Shown one piece after another: positions 13,163 to 27,099 of a DNA stretch of 64,000 nucleotides (positions are counted from its first letter, which is position 1; each line of letters opens with the position of its first letter). The DNA is from Octopus vulgaris (taxonomy: Eukaryota). Under the pieces are notes generated by a model. That model ran no database searches, was not told where the DNA came from, and was given only the letters and a program-made list of their open reading frames with translations. The position numbers were made by a program, and so were the translations under genes. The stretch is taken from contig OX597818.1 of assembly GCA_951406725.2 (NCBI GenBank), positions 146,320,001 to 146,384,000 of the forward strand, in the 5' to 3' direction.

Positions 13163-14533
13163 TACAGAGCCCCGCAAAAGTAATAAAACAAAGGTTGGAA
13201 TTTTAATGTTAAAGGCAAGTGTTGTATAACGTTCAGGATTTTTGAGATGTTATGATTTTGCAGAGAACGATTCCACAAAAGTGACTCGGTGATTTTGATT
13301 AGGTATTAGCGCTTCATCAACTGGAAATCAGGAAGCTGTAGAAGGAAAGCCATGCTGGAAATATGGAGTTAATATATCTTAATCTTGACATGTCAGAGAA
13401 GTGAACTCTGAATCAAATAGGGGAGACAGCAGTGCTGGTGAAAACTACTGAATATGAGAAGAGCTGATTTACATTAGTCATTTTTAAAAATTTCTGATCG
13501 TGCAAAATAAAATCTCGCAGCTCTTTTAAAAATGGGTGTGTGTGTGTGTGTGGGGGGGGGGGGAAACGAGACCAAATGAGAACTTCTTAAAGCAATAGTC
13601 GTATATATGCAAATACAAGGCTTGATTGGTTAAGGTAGTTGCAGATAATGAATAAATGATGTTGGAAATTTTAAAAGAGCAGAAGGCAAGAGATTCGATC
13701 GTCCGGTAAAAGCAGAAGAGATTCGATCGTCTGGTATGAGCGAAGGTGACGGAGGTAGCGGTGGCAGCGGCGGCTGTATTGATGATGATGATGATGATGA
13801 GGAGGAGGAGGAGGAGGAGGAGGTTAAACAAATATGAAATTGTTCCGTGTGTTGATATCATTCATGTTGTGGTTTATGACGGCTTCTTCAGTTTTGAAGA
13901 TGTCTGCAGAATTTTGAGGATTTTGTTTCAGGTCTTTAAGATGTTACCATGTAACTGTAATTCAAAGCCATATCAAATTTCTACTTTATGTTTTCGTACC
14001 TCAAAGGAAAAAAAAGCTAATTCATTTCAATTCATTATGTTTAACAATTTCGTTTTAATACACGTAGCCTTAAACTCATTAAATTATCAAATAAAATAAT
14101 TAAAAAAGCAGAATTTGTATACAATACTGTAATTAAAGTGCCTTCAACGAGGATAATTAATCAAATATGATGGATGCAGCAAACACAGTTATTTTAAATT
14201 GATGACAGATTCGAGCTCTAGGGTAATATTTACGTAAAACGTTGGGGTTTGATGCGTGCACTGGATAATTATTAGTATTATAACATTTATCTGTGTTTTT
14301 CTATATTTCATTAATTTCGGAGATGATATCCTGTTCTGCTACCGATACGACACTTTAGAGATTATCTCGAATTTCAGATCATACAAAAAGCGAAAATATT
14401 ATATGTAATTCGTGTAGTAATGGGTTAAAAATTTTGTATGTTGTAACCTTAGGCTGACCAAAACTATACAAGAGAAATTTGATGGAAGTAAACTATACCG
14501 AAATTCGTCTTATGCAAACACATATTGTTTGTG

Positions 14534-14606
<73 letters not shown>

Positions 14607-15342
14607 CCATGCGTGTGTTTAATACACACGCATACACATATATGTGTAGGTCTTGAAATCAGTATGCGTTTGTGAATTTATGTTTTTACCTACGTATGTG
14701 TGTATATATAGAAACGTGTGTGTGTGTGTGTGTCTGTGTTTGCGTATGCCAGCGTGCATACGATCGAGAGATTACATGCTCACCTAAGTACTAGGGTTCG
14801 ATATGATTCTTTTAAAGCAATGGTCGTAGTCAAATGGTTGAAACCCAAAGGAAAATGAAACAAACAGAAAATAAAATCAGATTGAAAGAAGCTGATATAT
14901 CAAAGGTGGATAAGCAGTCGAACAACCAATGTCGTGTCCAGTTACTTTACGTGAAGGCACAATACCAGATCGAATCCCATCGCTTTTACTGTATCAAGTT
15001 CGCAGTCAATACTTTGAACTCTCGCTGTATATAGCGGACCTTTAGAGTTTAACGTGGATGTTTGGTTGCATATGACGTCATTATTATAAATCTTGTTCGC
15101 TTAAACATACCTTGCATTCACTACATCCGGGATTATAAAAATCTTCCAGACCTTCTTAGGATTTAAAGGATGACGGACAAAACAAGATATTTTCCTTCAC
15201 AACCTTGCTACGAAGCAGGAGGCCGGTCAAAAATTACTTTAAATTAAAAAGCGAAAGAAAACATACATACGCTACACACGCGCGCGCGCTCACACACACA
15301 TGCACAAACACACATATACACGCACACATACACACACACACG

Positions 15343-15550
15343 CGGTGGTAGAATAGTTAGCACGCCGGATAAAGTGCCTAACAGCATTGTGCCCGTCTTT
15401 AATTTCTGAGTTCAAATTTCGCCGTGGTTGACTTTACGATTCATCTTTTCGCAGTCGATAAAATAAGTACTAGTTAAGCACTGGGGTCAATGTAATCGAC
15501 TTAACCCTCCATTGAAATTTCTGGCGTTGTGCCAAGATTTGAAATGAAAA
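15343..15550 (+). mobile_element. SINE family B copy
   Basis: GAGTTCAAATTTCGCC B box, GTCGATAAAATAAGTAC domain. Confidence 0.75.
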
Positions 15551-15559
15551 TATTATTTA

Positions 15560-15712
15560 GACGCACGTGTGACAAGACGTTTACTTCATGATCACAAGCA
15601 TCCGGGTTCAGACTAACTGCGTGGCACCTTAGGCAAGTGTCTTCTACTATATCCCAAGGCCGACTAAAACCTTGTGGATAGATTTTAGTTGACGGAAACT
15701 GAAAGAAGTCGA

Positions 15713-15748
<36 letters not shown>

Positions 15749-15995
15749 ATATGTATGTATGTGTTTGTGTGTGTATTTTAGTGCATTTGTTTGTCCCCCC
15801 ACTACTGCTTGACAACCAGTGTTAGTGTGTTTACGTCTCCGTAACTTTGCAGTTGGGCAAAAGTAACAATAGAATAAGTACCTAGCCGAAACAAAATACG
15901 TACTGGGATCGATATAATCGACTTAATCCGTTTGTCTGTCCTTGTTTGTCCTCTCTGTGTTTGACCCCTTGTGAGTAGTAAAGAAATAGGTATTT
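15560..15995 (+). mobile_element. SINE family A body with family B 3' tail
   Basis: 15560-15900 matches family A; 15900-15990 matches the tail of the 48200-48434 copy. Confidence 0.7.
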
Positions 15996-16012
15996 CACCT
16001 CTGCTTACATAA

Positions 16013-16183
16013 GGCGTAGAAGTGGCTCGGTTGTAAGCAGCTTGCTTACGAACCACATGGTTCCGGGTTCAGTCCCACTGCGTGGCACCTAGGGCAAGTG
16101 TCTTCTACTATAGCCTCGGGCCGACCAAAACCTTGTGAGTGGATTTGGTAGATGGAAACTGCAAGATGCCCGTCGTATATATG

Positions 16184-16214
<31 letters not shown>

Positions 16215-16431
16215 GTGTGTATATGCTTGTTGTCTGTGTTTATCCCCCAACATCGCTTGACAACCGATGCTGCTGTGTTTACGTCCCCGTAACTTAGCGA
16301 TTCGGCAAAAGAGGCCGATAGAATAAGTACTAGGCTTACAAAGAATAAGTTCTGGGGTCGATTTGCTCGACTAAAAGCGGTGCTCCAGCATGGCCACAGT
16401 CAAATGACTGAAACAAGTAAAAGAATGAAAG
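16013..16431 (+). mobile_element. Full-length SINE family A (reference copy)
   Basis: tRNA-like head with GGTTCAGTCCC B box, CORE-like CCTAGGGCAAG, internal TA/TG array, tail ...TGACTGAAACAAGTAAAAGA; ~10 homologues in the window. Confidence 0.9.
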
Positions 16432-17040
16432 ATACAGACATTCCAAACGCCCTCCAAATCGAAATTGACTTTTTAAAAGTTTTTGTGAGCGTTTGAAGCA
16501 TACTTCGTAATCAAACGATTGTGTCCATGTCTAACGTTTCATAATTGCTTGTAGTTTCCTGCTATTTCCCGCCAAAAGTACTGTTTGTGTGAATAAAACA
16601 ATGAATAAACTACATAATCTATGGAAACAAGCTTGTCTTACCACACATCTACGTGATACACAGTAGAGAGGCTGCTGTACATCTTTGGTTTCCATGACGT
16701 CTAAGCGAGATTTTTTTCTCCTACTTGTTGCAAAGTATTTCGATGGAGACATTTTAATATTGTTTATTACTCTTGCTAAACAGATACGAAATAGATTAGA
16801 TGTGATTTTCGAAAAACGAAATGGACGAATCAACCACGCTGGTGCATCTATATTTATGTTCATACACACGTATACACGCGAGCACACACACACACACAAA
16901 CACACAAACACACAAACACACATACACACACATATATATACACACACACATATACACACACACACACAAACATACACATATATATACACACACACATACA
17001 CATACACACAAACATACACATACAGGCACACACACAGACG

Positions 17041-17077
<37 letters not shown>

Positions 17078-17164
17078 CTATGTATATAAATATATATATA
17101 TATATATGTATATGTATATGTATGTATGTATATATATATGTATATATATGTGTGTATATATATA

Positions 17165-17211
<47 letters not shown>

Positions 17212-17811
17212 ATCCTGTTAGCGAATTGCGATTGCAAAAGTTTAAGGGAACATGTGTGTGTGTGTGTGTGTGTGTGTTTGTATATATGCACATACAGTTA
17301 TCAAAAGATTCATACATTCATAGACAAGCGCACACAAACTCAGCCACACAGCTGAAATTATATTGCAACATTAATACGATAACAAGATTTTCTGGAAACG
17401 TTATTTTTCTCTTGGGCGTTTAGCATTAATCTTTCGGAGAAATTATAGAACTTATATAGCTGGAGTTTCTCTGCTGTGTTAAAAATATAATTTACCGTAA
17501 TGTCAAACAATCTGCAATGATTTTCGTTCCCATTTTTCATTATAGCTTACAATCAATAGCTTGGCTACATCTACAAAATTATTCTTAACTTTACTTACTC
17601 TTTGTTTTTGTTTTGTTTTTTCTGGCTTCCTCTGTTTCCATAGACATATGTAAGTAGTAGATAAAAATCTTCCAGGAGCAGAAATAGTATCGCTGAATGT
17701 CTATTTGAGCTTCGTCATATATGTCAGCGTTTTTTCACACTATATGTGTATAATAGATGCTATTGCGAGTCGAGTACCGCAGTTAATTTGGTTTTCAACG
17801 AGGTATCTGCA

Positions 17812-19280
17812 CGCAAAATCCTAGCCGTAGATTAATAAATCTCACAAAAAGCAAAATAGGAATTGTTAGTAAATCCATAGTAAATCCATATTAGATAATA
17901 TTATACGACACACCAGAGCACACTCAAATATTACTAAATGGATATACAGTAGTGCAATTATTGAACGGTTTACGAAAATAGAAGATAAACTCAAATGCAG
18001 ATTCGTACAATTCGATATTGTAGAGTTCTAGCCCTCGTTCTCCAAAAGCTTGCTTCAGAAGGCTTGAATTTAGTAAAACATATGTCACTATAACAAATAC
18101 CGACATAGATATAACTACGAACGCAAAGAAGTCATTACTCTTTCATTTGAAGTGGCAATGGGGAGCTATGACGGGCAGAGTTAGCTGACCTTGTAGGCCT
18201 TTATATCCTTGGTTATCTTAAAAAGGAAATAAAAGAAGTTAACATAGGTTTATATAGGGACGATGGTCTGGTAGCAGAACACAATAAAGACGGATGTATT
18301 ACGGATAGAATAAGGAAAAAATTATACAAAATATTTTGCCAATTAGGCCTAAGAATCACAATTAGTACAAACCTTAAAGAAATCAACTTCCTAGACATTA
18401 GCATGAATCTTAACACAGGAAAATTTAAAACCCTGCCGCAAACAAAACGAAGGATCCTCGTACATAGATATAAGTTCTAACCACCCTCCAGCAGTAAATA
18501 AACAAATAGGTAACCACATTAGTAAACGCGTCTCCAATTTATCATTCGACAAAGACACTTTTGAAAAAGCCGTCCCATATTATTATGCTGCATTAGAAAG
18601 GTCCAACTTCAAGGATAGCGTATACAGCATTGAACCAAATATGAATAGACCAAGAAGACACAAAGGAAAATCTTATGGTCCAACCCAATTTATAGCATGA
18701 ATGTAGCTACCGATATAGCTTGGACATTCTTAAAACTAATAGACAACCACTTTCCACATTCACACAAATACCTCAAGATCTTCAACAGAATTACTGTTAA
18801 AGTTAGCTATAGTTGCTTCCCCAGTATAGGCTCAATAATAGTAAATCACAATAAATATAAACACACCATAAACACCCCCAAAAGACAATGCAACTGTAGA
18901 TCCCCAAACCACTGCCCTCTAAACAAGTGTTTCGAGAAAGAACTCGTATTCAAGGCTAAGATCATGTGCCCCAACGGAAAAGCAATGACGTATATCCGAA
19001 TGACGGGCAACTCGTTCAAGCAAAGATATACACATCTAGCGTCATTCAGAGACAAAAACAAATATGATATGGACACCGAAAGAAGCAATCCCAAGATAGA
19101 ATAGAAAATTATTGCTAAAGCCAAAAAATACAAAGGACGGGGTACCAAATGTGGACTCTGTATTACTGTAAAATTAAACATTATACAATGAACAGATATC
19201 ATCATAGACATTAGGAATGAAACCTTCACTCTCTGCATACACAAGCAATATTTTATACTAAAATATTTCAAAGATCCCCT
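17812..19280 (+). mobile_element. Decayed Penelope-like retroelement (RT + GIY-YIG endonuclease)
   Basis: Manual translation: RLINLTKSKIGIVSK, FVQFDIVEF, MGSYDG, GLYRDDGL, INFLDI, SNHPP, KVSYSC, CNCRSPNHCPL..C, VFKA..TYIRMT..FKQRY, CGLC; stops and frameshifts. Confidence 0.9.
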
Positions 19281-19684
19281 ATCTACGACGTTAACCCCAC
19301 CAAGATGGCCCCTTTCCTAAACGTGAATACACATAACACACAAACTCCACAAAAAGGAGAAATATATGCCCCAATGACGAACTACCATATACGAAGATCA
19401 TGACCAGAACAAAATCAAAATAATGTAAACAAATTGACTACACAAAATATTTTTTCTAAAATGTAAGGGAGACAAACAACCAAACGATGCGACCCAAAGT
19501 AACATTCTCTCATTCATTGATTAATTCTTTCATTCACGTGAATTAACGAGAAACCCTGTGAACTAAACGAGACTGTTTCAAAATGGAAGTGTAATCGACA
19601 TGAAAAATTGTTAAGACACTTGGACATTTTCCTACTTCTCTCAACATGAAAACAATGGTAGCCTTATCGGATTGCTTATTCCAC

Positions 19685-19760
<76 letters not shown>

Positions 19761-20041
19761 AAAGAATAATTGATGTATTGCGGTTCACTATAGCTGTTTC
19801 AAATCGTGATTTTTATTCATGAATAGAAGCGTTACATCATGCAAAAAGAACCCATTTTCCTCAGGTGAATACACATAAGTAATTAAACATTTTGAAAATC
19901 TCAGCATCAAGTGCAAAGTGACTCTACCCACCTAAAGCTGGAGAGATAAATCTTTGTTTGATTTACCAACTACGTATCTGACTTCAAACATTGTACACGA
20001 TAATGATACCACCGACCTGACCTTGGTGCTTTACTATTTAA

Positions 20042-20112
<71 letters not shown>

Positions 20113-20119
20113 CATATAT

Positions 20120-20410
20120 ATAGTGGTTTTATCTCTAATTCAATATATATATATATTAGTCAGGTAAGACATAATTATTTATTTTTTATGCTCTACAATG
20201 ACTTAATTCCGAAACGTGCGTCCGTAGGTAACTTAATATAGAATGATTTTCGTCATTTCTTTCTCTTTTACCTGCGTCGTTTGTTTTTTAAGTGCTTTGG
20301 TTTTACTGGGATCTTCCTTTTAAGTAGAAAGAATAGCCAAAACTTTTTGACTGCTATTTCTAAATTCGGTGTGTGGTGAGGCAAATCGTTGCTGAACCCT
20401 TAATTACTTA
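20120..20410 (+). mobile_element. PLE-type 3' terminal fragment with half HHR
   Basis: GAA-AC-gtgc-GT-C at 20211-20222 with no CTGANGA; bounded by (TA)n. Confidence 0.45.
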
Positions 20411-20429
20411 GTATATATATATATATATA

Positions 20430-20940
20430 AAGGGTAAAGAATTATTAAAAATAATAATTTTTACCAGTAAGCAGCATGCATAAAAATTGTCCGTCGACCA
20501 TAAAATATTTATATGTATATACGTGCGTATAAATTACTCACTAAGAAGAGAACCACTAAGTGGTCTCTTTACATGCTGAAAGGAGATGTCAAATCCCAAA
20601 ACCACAAAAAGTACATTCTTGTTTATAGCATATTGAATGTAGGCGGGCAAGACAATTTGAAAATTTAAAAATACCAGTTATTTCAACACTTCCATGTTTC
20701 ACCAGTAATAATTCTATAAATTACCTGTGGATCTTCAGTTGAAACTTCTGGGAGGTGTATCATTAGAAAACTCAAATTCATACCATATCCCAAAGGACAC
20801 ACGTGCATACCGAGTGCTATCTTTATACATCATGAATTCAATTCAAATGTCTCCAATCAAAGCACCAAACCAGAATAAAGTAGCAATGAATTATCTGACT
20901 CGAGTATTAAAATATTTAGATATAACTATATAAAGTGTAA
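20430..20940 (-). mobile_element. Non-coding HHR element (shared 3' terminus family)
   Basis: End motif GGGTAAA..TTTTACCAGT..CAGCATG shared with 21235, 21590, 44050, 49950, 58860; HHR at 20681-20744. Confidence 0.65.
20681..20744 (-). ncRNA. Type I hammerhead, probably inactive (GUG site)
   Basis: TTTCAA-CTGAAGA-[hairpin]-GAA-AC-atggaa-GT-G-TTGAAA; perfect 6-bp stem I. Confidence 0.7.
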
Positions 20941-20945
20941 AGTGC

Positions 20946-21230
20946 AGGCGCAATGGCCCAATGGTTAGGGCAGCAGACTCGCGGTCAGAGGATCGCGGTT
21001 TCGATTCCTAGGCCGGGCGTTGTGTGTGTTTATTGAGCGAAAACATCTAAAAGCTCCACAAGGCTCTGGTGGTGACCCCTGTTGTACTCTTTCGCCACAA
21101 CTTTCTCTCACTCTCTCTTCCTGTTTCTTAAGTAAAACTGCGAAGGACGAGCGTCCCGTTCAGATGGAGTGAACACATACTCCACAGAAACCGGGCCCAT
21201 GAATCTGGCTAAGCTTGAAAAGGACAAAGT
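20946..21230 (+). mobile_element. SINE family C copy
   Basis: TGGCCCAATGG A box, GTTTCGATTCC B box; homologous to 35604. Confidence 0.85.
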
Positions 21231-21584
21231 TATATAAAGGGTAAAATTTATTAGAAATAATAATTTTTACCAGTGGTCAGCATGCGGAAAATTTGTCAGT
21301 AGACCATAATATATATATATATATATATATTAAGCAAACGCTATATATGAGAGAGATTTTCTTTAAGTATTAGAAATAGTTTTAAAAAAGTTTTTTAGCT
21401 GCTATTTCTAATGAGTTCAGTATGCGGCAAAGTAATTTATTTTACTAAGCCCTTTTATATAATGTAATAATTTGAATTCGCCTTAAATGGTCCCTTTGCA
21501 TACTGAACACTTGGTGAAATTGATTAATAATTAATTAATTTTACCCTCAATTGTTGAAATATATATATATATATATAATAATTA

Positions 21585-21915
21585 ATAAATCTTAGGGTAG
21601 AAAAATTCTTTGCTACCAGTGGTCTAGCGAGAAGGAAAAATTAGCCAATAGACTATATATTATTCATAGAAAAATACGGTGTACATTTAAACACATAAGA
21701 GATGACCATAATAGGGCATCTGAGTCACTAGAAAGAGCAGTTAAACTCCAAACCACTGATAGTTGTAATTCTGAAAGGGAAAGAGAAATAAAAACGTTTA
21801 CCCTATCTTTCCTGGTCTATGCATAGTTTCGGCAATCTTTTTTAAATGGAATAAAATGATTTTAATTTACAATTGGCGTTGTCATCTTCAGCAGGAAGCC
21901 AAAGCTAACATATAG
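21585..21915 (-). mobile_element. Non-coding HHR element
   Basis: Shared 3' terminus; diverged inverted copy at ~25200-25430. Confidence 0.6.
21809..21897 (-). ncRNA. Type I hammerhead, mutated cleavage triplet (GAC)
   Basis: TTCCTG-CTGAAGA-T-GACAA...TTGCC-GAA-AC-TATGCATA-GAC-CAGGAA; palindromic helix III. Confidence 0.75.
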
Positions 21916-21954
21916 GCACGAGGCGACAAAGACGATACCAACACTTTATATATA

Positions 21955-22068
21955 TGCGCTGACATAGCTGTGTGGCCCATATGTGTCTTCTATTATAGCC
22001 CGAAGTCGACCAAATTCTTGCGAGTGAATTTTCCATGCAGAAACTGAGGAAGCCTGTTGTATATGTGC

Positions 22069-22156
<88 letters not shown>

Positions 22157-22363
22157 TGTATGCATCTTCATGTTTGACCTCACCACCGCACAAGGTTTAC
22201 TAAAGTCTCCGTGACTTACCACTTCAGCGTTAAGGCCGATAAAATAAGTACCAGCCTTGAGAAAATTAAATACAGGAGTGAATTCGTTGGACTAAAACCC
22301 TGCAATGAGGTGCTTCGGCATGTTCGCAGTCTAATGATGAGTGAAACAGCTAAAAGATAAAAG
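21955..22363 (+). mobile_element. Diverged SINE family A copy
   Basis: Homology to 16013-16431 with deletions. Confidence 0.7.
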
Positions 22364-22373
22364 ATGTATGTGC

Positions 22374-22404
<31 letters not shown>

Positions 22405-22421
22405 TGTGTGTATGTTTGTGT

Positions 22422-22485
<64 letters not shown>

Positions 22486-23216
22486 GAGTCAAGTACTTAT
22501 AACTTTAATCTATCCGTTATGAAAACATTTAGTGTAGATAGCAGTAGGAATATCTAACAAGGTTTTAGACGAAACAGTTTAAAAAAAGGCCGATATATGC
22601 GAACGATCTCCATAAAACTGCAGAAGAATATAAGAGAATAGACATGTACGAAAGGAACTCTCGAAAAATACTACCAAAAAGTAGTTGAAGAAAACATTTG
22701 CTAAATATTTTCCTCCTTGGCTTTTATCAATACGAATTCCGTATTCAAATATCTCTCTGTATTTATAAGTAAATTTAGATACCTTTACCTCAACTTTATT
22801 TCATGCTTTTTATTACATTTAAATAAGATAAACATATTTGCCGTCAGTAATGATGGACGGATATTTTTATAAATTTTATAATTTGTCAATGAGATGTAGG
22901 ATAAATGCAAAGGAGTAGGAAGTATTACGTACAGAAAAATTTCTAATCATATTATGATTACAATATAGTTACAGCAATGCGGAATACTTGCATACACACA
23001 CATACACACACGCACACACCACATACACACGCGCGCGCGCGCGCAAACACACACGTATGGAGTGTGGGATAGAGACACATATATATATGGTTGAAATTAT
23101 ATATACATATTTATGTATATATGCACGCTCAAGCATATATATATATATACACATATATATATATATACATGCACAAAATATAAGATTGAGTAATAGATTG
23201 ACACCTCTACATCTAC

Positions 23217-23284
<68 letters not shown>

Positions 23285-23289
23285 GTATA

Positions 23290-23490
23290 TCCCTTCAACC
23301 ATCTCCGTTCAGCCATCGCCTTGATCGACCGCTAGCAACTAGAGCTTTCTTTATTCTCTGTTTATTTTCTCGTGTTCTTTTCTGTTGAAACATAAAATAA
23401 CTTATCACCTCTTCCCGTGCGTTAAACTAATACACCTCTTTGTCGTTTATACACCTGTCTTCGTCTTCTTTTTTTGTAAATTCCAAATAT
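23290..23490 (+). mobile_element. Copy of the 59935-60240 family with HHR stem II deleted
   Basis: TTCTGTTGAAACATAAAA replaces TTCTGTTGAAGAGCGTAGGCTCGAAACGTTAAAG; flanks homologous. Confidence 0.6.
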
Positions 23491-23593
23491 ATGCCTATAT
23501 ATATATATGTATATATATATATACATGCATAGATATATATGTCTATATATTTATATATATATACATATATATCTATACCATATATACATATAT

Positions 23594-23636
<43 letters not shown>

Positions 23637-24504
23637 TACAAATGCATACATATTCCTACATATATACAAGTATATATTTTTAATGTACATAATTTAAAAG
23701 AGAGCTACTAATAGATTCATGTTGTGGAGATACAATAGTTTGGCAGATTTATACAGCGCCATTTAAATTAATTATCATTTCCACAGACAAAGGTGATGAA
23801 GATACTTTTTTCTTTCTTCTCGTTTCCTTTGGACTTTTCTCCCCGTCTTTTTCTTTATTTTTTCTTTTTTTTCTCATATTCTCTCAACAGACCAGCTTCC
23901 TGGTTTTCTAAAAACCTGTTTTTATTCATCCTTCAAAGTTTTGCATCAACTTTTCCGTTTTCTATGTACCATGTACCAGTGCCATCATTTTCTCATAGAA
24001 CAGAACATATGCTCAAATGCTGAAGATTTCTTGGAAACACAGGGATATTAATATAACGAGTTTATATAATGTATTTGAGTATATTTGTACTATTTCAAAA
24101 TTTTTATTGTATTTTTCATGAATGGAATCGATTGAGTATATTAATTAGCCGCTTATCATATTGATACATTTAAAATCTAGATAGATTAACAGAATCGTTG
24201 AACTTAGTAATTTAGTTTGCTTATCAATATTAGTTAGATCTTGCTATTATTTTGACTTTGATCGTTGTTATTATTGTTATTGTTATTGACTGTTTTGGTA
24301 GATGACTGGTGATTGTGATTGTACATCTTCACGGTGTATTGTTCTTTGGTTCTAATATTTTTGCACCTTTCTTTAATTTGGGGTTGATAGGTTTTCCTAC
24401 TTTCCATTAACATATTATTCTCGCTATTATATTTTTATACATTTTTATATATATTGATGGATATTAATTACGATAGATATTAATTATTTATATCTCTCTC
24501 TCTC

Positions 24505-24564
<60 letters not shown>

Positions 24565-24842
24565 TGGCTTATGTATTTGTGATACTAAATTTAAGTTAAT
24601 TAGGTACTATATTATTTGATATTTAGTCAACTTTGTTATATATTGTTATATTAAATCTATAGATACTACACATGTATATTTATTATATGGTTAGCTTATT
24701 TAAGGAGTTTGTCTATATTTGAAACATTTATTATTTTGATTACAATTTAATGATTTGTACTAGCTTTGTGTATTATTATTTAATTTTAAAGTATTTAATT
24801 ATTTAAGTATTATTTTATTTTTCCCTTATGTATATTTAGGAT

Positions 24843-24882
<40 letters not shown>

Positions 24883-25065
24883 GTATATTTATTAATTAAT
24901 TATTTTATTGTATCACCTATGGAGAAAGTTATTCAGATAGATTTCACAGACATATTTTTATGTTGTTTATGATAAAGATACGAAGTTAACAGTGAAACGA
25001 TAAATGTTACAAATCTTGTATATATGTATGTATATGTGTATATATATAATATATACTATAATATA

Positions 25066-25108
<43 letters not shown>

Positions 25109-25131
25109 AATATTAGGAAAAAATCCAAATT

Positions 25132-25162
<31 letters not shown>

Positions 25163-25539
25163 GTATATATATTTAGTTCCTAGACCATAGAACTAAATTA
25201 GATCATAAACGTTTTTAATTTTCATTCCTTTCGAGAATTTATCCCTAATTAGTGGTTTGAGTATTCTACTGCTCTTTATAGCACAAGGCTTTCCTATTTG
25301 GAAGTCTCTTAATGTGTTTTAATGTACACGATATTTTTTATGTGAATAATATATAGTTTATTGACTAATATTTTTTTGTGCTAGCCCACTAGTAATAATA
25401 ATTTTATAATTCTTATTACCCTAATATTATTATTATTTATTATGTTTAAATATATATACGCTTGCATAGATACATACATATAGATATATGTCTGTGTGTT
25501 GGTGGGTGCGTGTTTGTACGTTTGTATCCATATATTACA

Positions 25540-25598
<59 letters not shown>

Positions 25599-25599
25599 A

Positions 25600-25635
<36 letters not shown>

Positions 25636-26536
25636 TGTATGTATGTATGTATGTATGTATGTATGCATGCATGCATGCATGCATGTATGTATGTATATAA
25701 GTATATATACAAGTGCATGTGTGTATGCATGTATGTATTTATGTTAATGTTGGTGTTACTGGTATTTAGCCACTATCAATACTAAACCAGCTTGCCGTGT
25801 GATGAAAGGCATTCCAAACCTCACTACTTTTTCTGCATTGCAGCATCTAATATAAAGTACCAGTACTTGACAGGTACTTTATTACATCGACCTCAGGAAC
25901 AAAGCCGGCAAAGTTATGATTTGAACTCACATAGTAAAAATACGGGGACGTCCGACATTTTAATGTTTTCTGATATTTGTGCATTCTAAATATAACACGA
26001 GCTTAATTAGCTTCGGCAGTATGTAGCCTCAAGCTAATTTTAGGATGGATAATAATATGCAAAGTTAATAAGTATGAGTAAAATTGACGGGTTAAGTTAT
26101 ATTAATTTAGTATGATAAACCTGTGGAGAAAATTCGGCAATTAACCGTAATTTAATTATTGCATGTTAAGGTAGTAATGAATTTAAAGAGGTTTAGGTTT
26201 AGCTTAGGGTTAAAGAAAGATATGCGGTTATCGGTACGAATCCATTCATAAATATACATATCAATAATGAGAGGTAGCTTGGAGATCTCTAGATTCTCGG
26301 AATTTGTCGAGAATTTCGATACTAGTTCTGTTAATCATCTCCTTGTCATTAGGGTGCCTTAACGACATAGGTTCAAGTATTAATATTCTTCAACCACTTA
26401 TATCTTGTAAGAAAACCGAAACGGGTGCTTTTAAAATCGCGTCCATGTTAAAGAATTATCTTTGCAGTCTTTCGTTTACGTCAATCATCATCATCAAGAA
26501 ATCTTCTTTGCGTCTTTTCTTTTTCTTTTTTTTGTA

Positions 26537-26758
26537 TACGAGGGAGGTGCTGAAATGTTCCTGGCTTTGGGTAAAAGAAAATAGAGGAGGAACTGTTAAT
26601 TATGATTTTATTTAGCATATTTCCTTCTCCGATTTACACATTTATTACACTGGTCCTTCAGCTACTCTAAGCCCTGTAAAAGAGCTCGGAAGTCTGGGCT
26701 TCCAACCAAGCCTTTCGTGATGCCCTTAAAGCTAGGAATTTTTCAGCATCCCTTCGTA
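26537..26758. mobile_element. Tc1/mariner-type MITE
   Basis: ~30-bp imperfect TIRs TACGAGGGAGGTGCTGAAATGTTCCTGGCTTT / AAAGCTAGGAATTTTTCAGCATCCCTTCGTA, TA ends; second copy at 34648-34869. Confidence 0.85.
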
Positions 26759-27033
26759 TATTGCAATCAGCGTAATCTAAATCCTATATATGTTTTATTT
26801 TCCACTAACAGCATATTTTCATAATATTTGTCTTTATTCATTTCAACTTTTCTTTTCCCCCTTCTTTTGCATTTTCCCATATATTTTCTTCCATTTTCCC
26901 TCTACTTCCAGTGTTTTAAAATATGATAGTAATTCGTTTCATTCATATTTTGTTTTTAATAATTATCTACAAGGAACTCAATCAGTTAATACTGTTATTT
27001 GCTTCTAAAGAAATGGCAGTCTATTTGGGTAGG

Positions 27034-27099
<66 letters not shown>

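Noticed and set aside
19330-19690. Expected HHR in the 3' flank of the Penelope relic
   Set aside because: Only a weak GAAAAATTGTT remnant; no core
24015-24055. CTGAAGA..GAAAC in close proximity
   Set aside because: No convincing stems or NUH triplet
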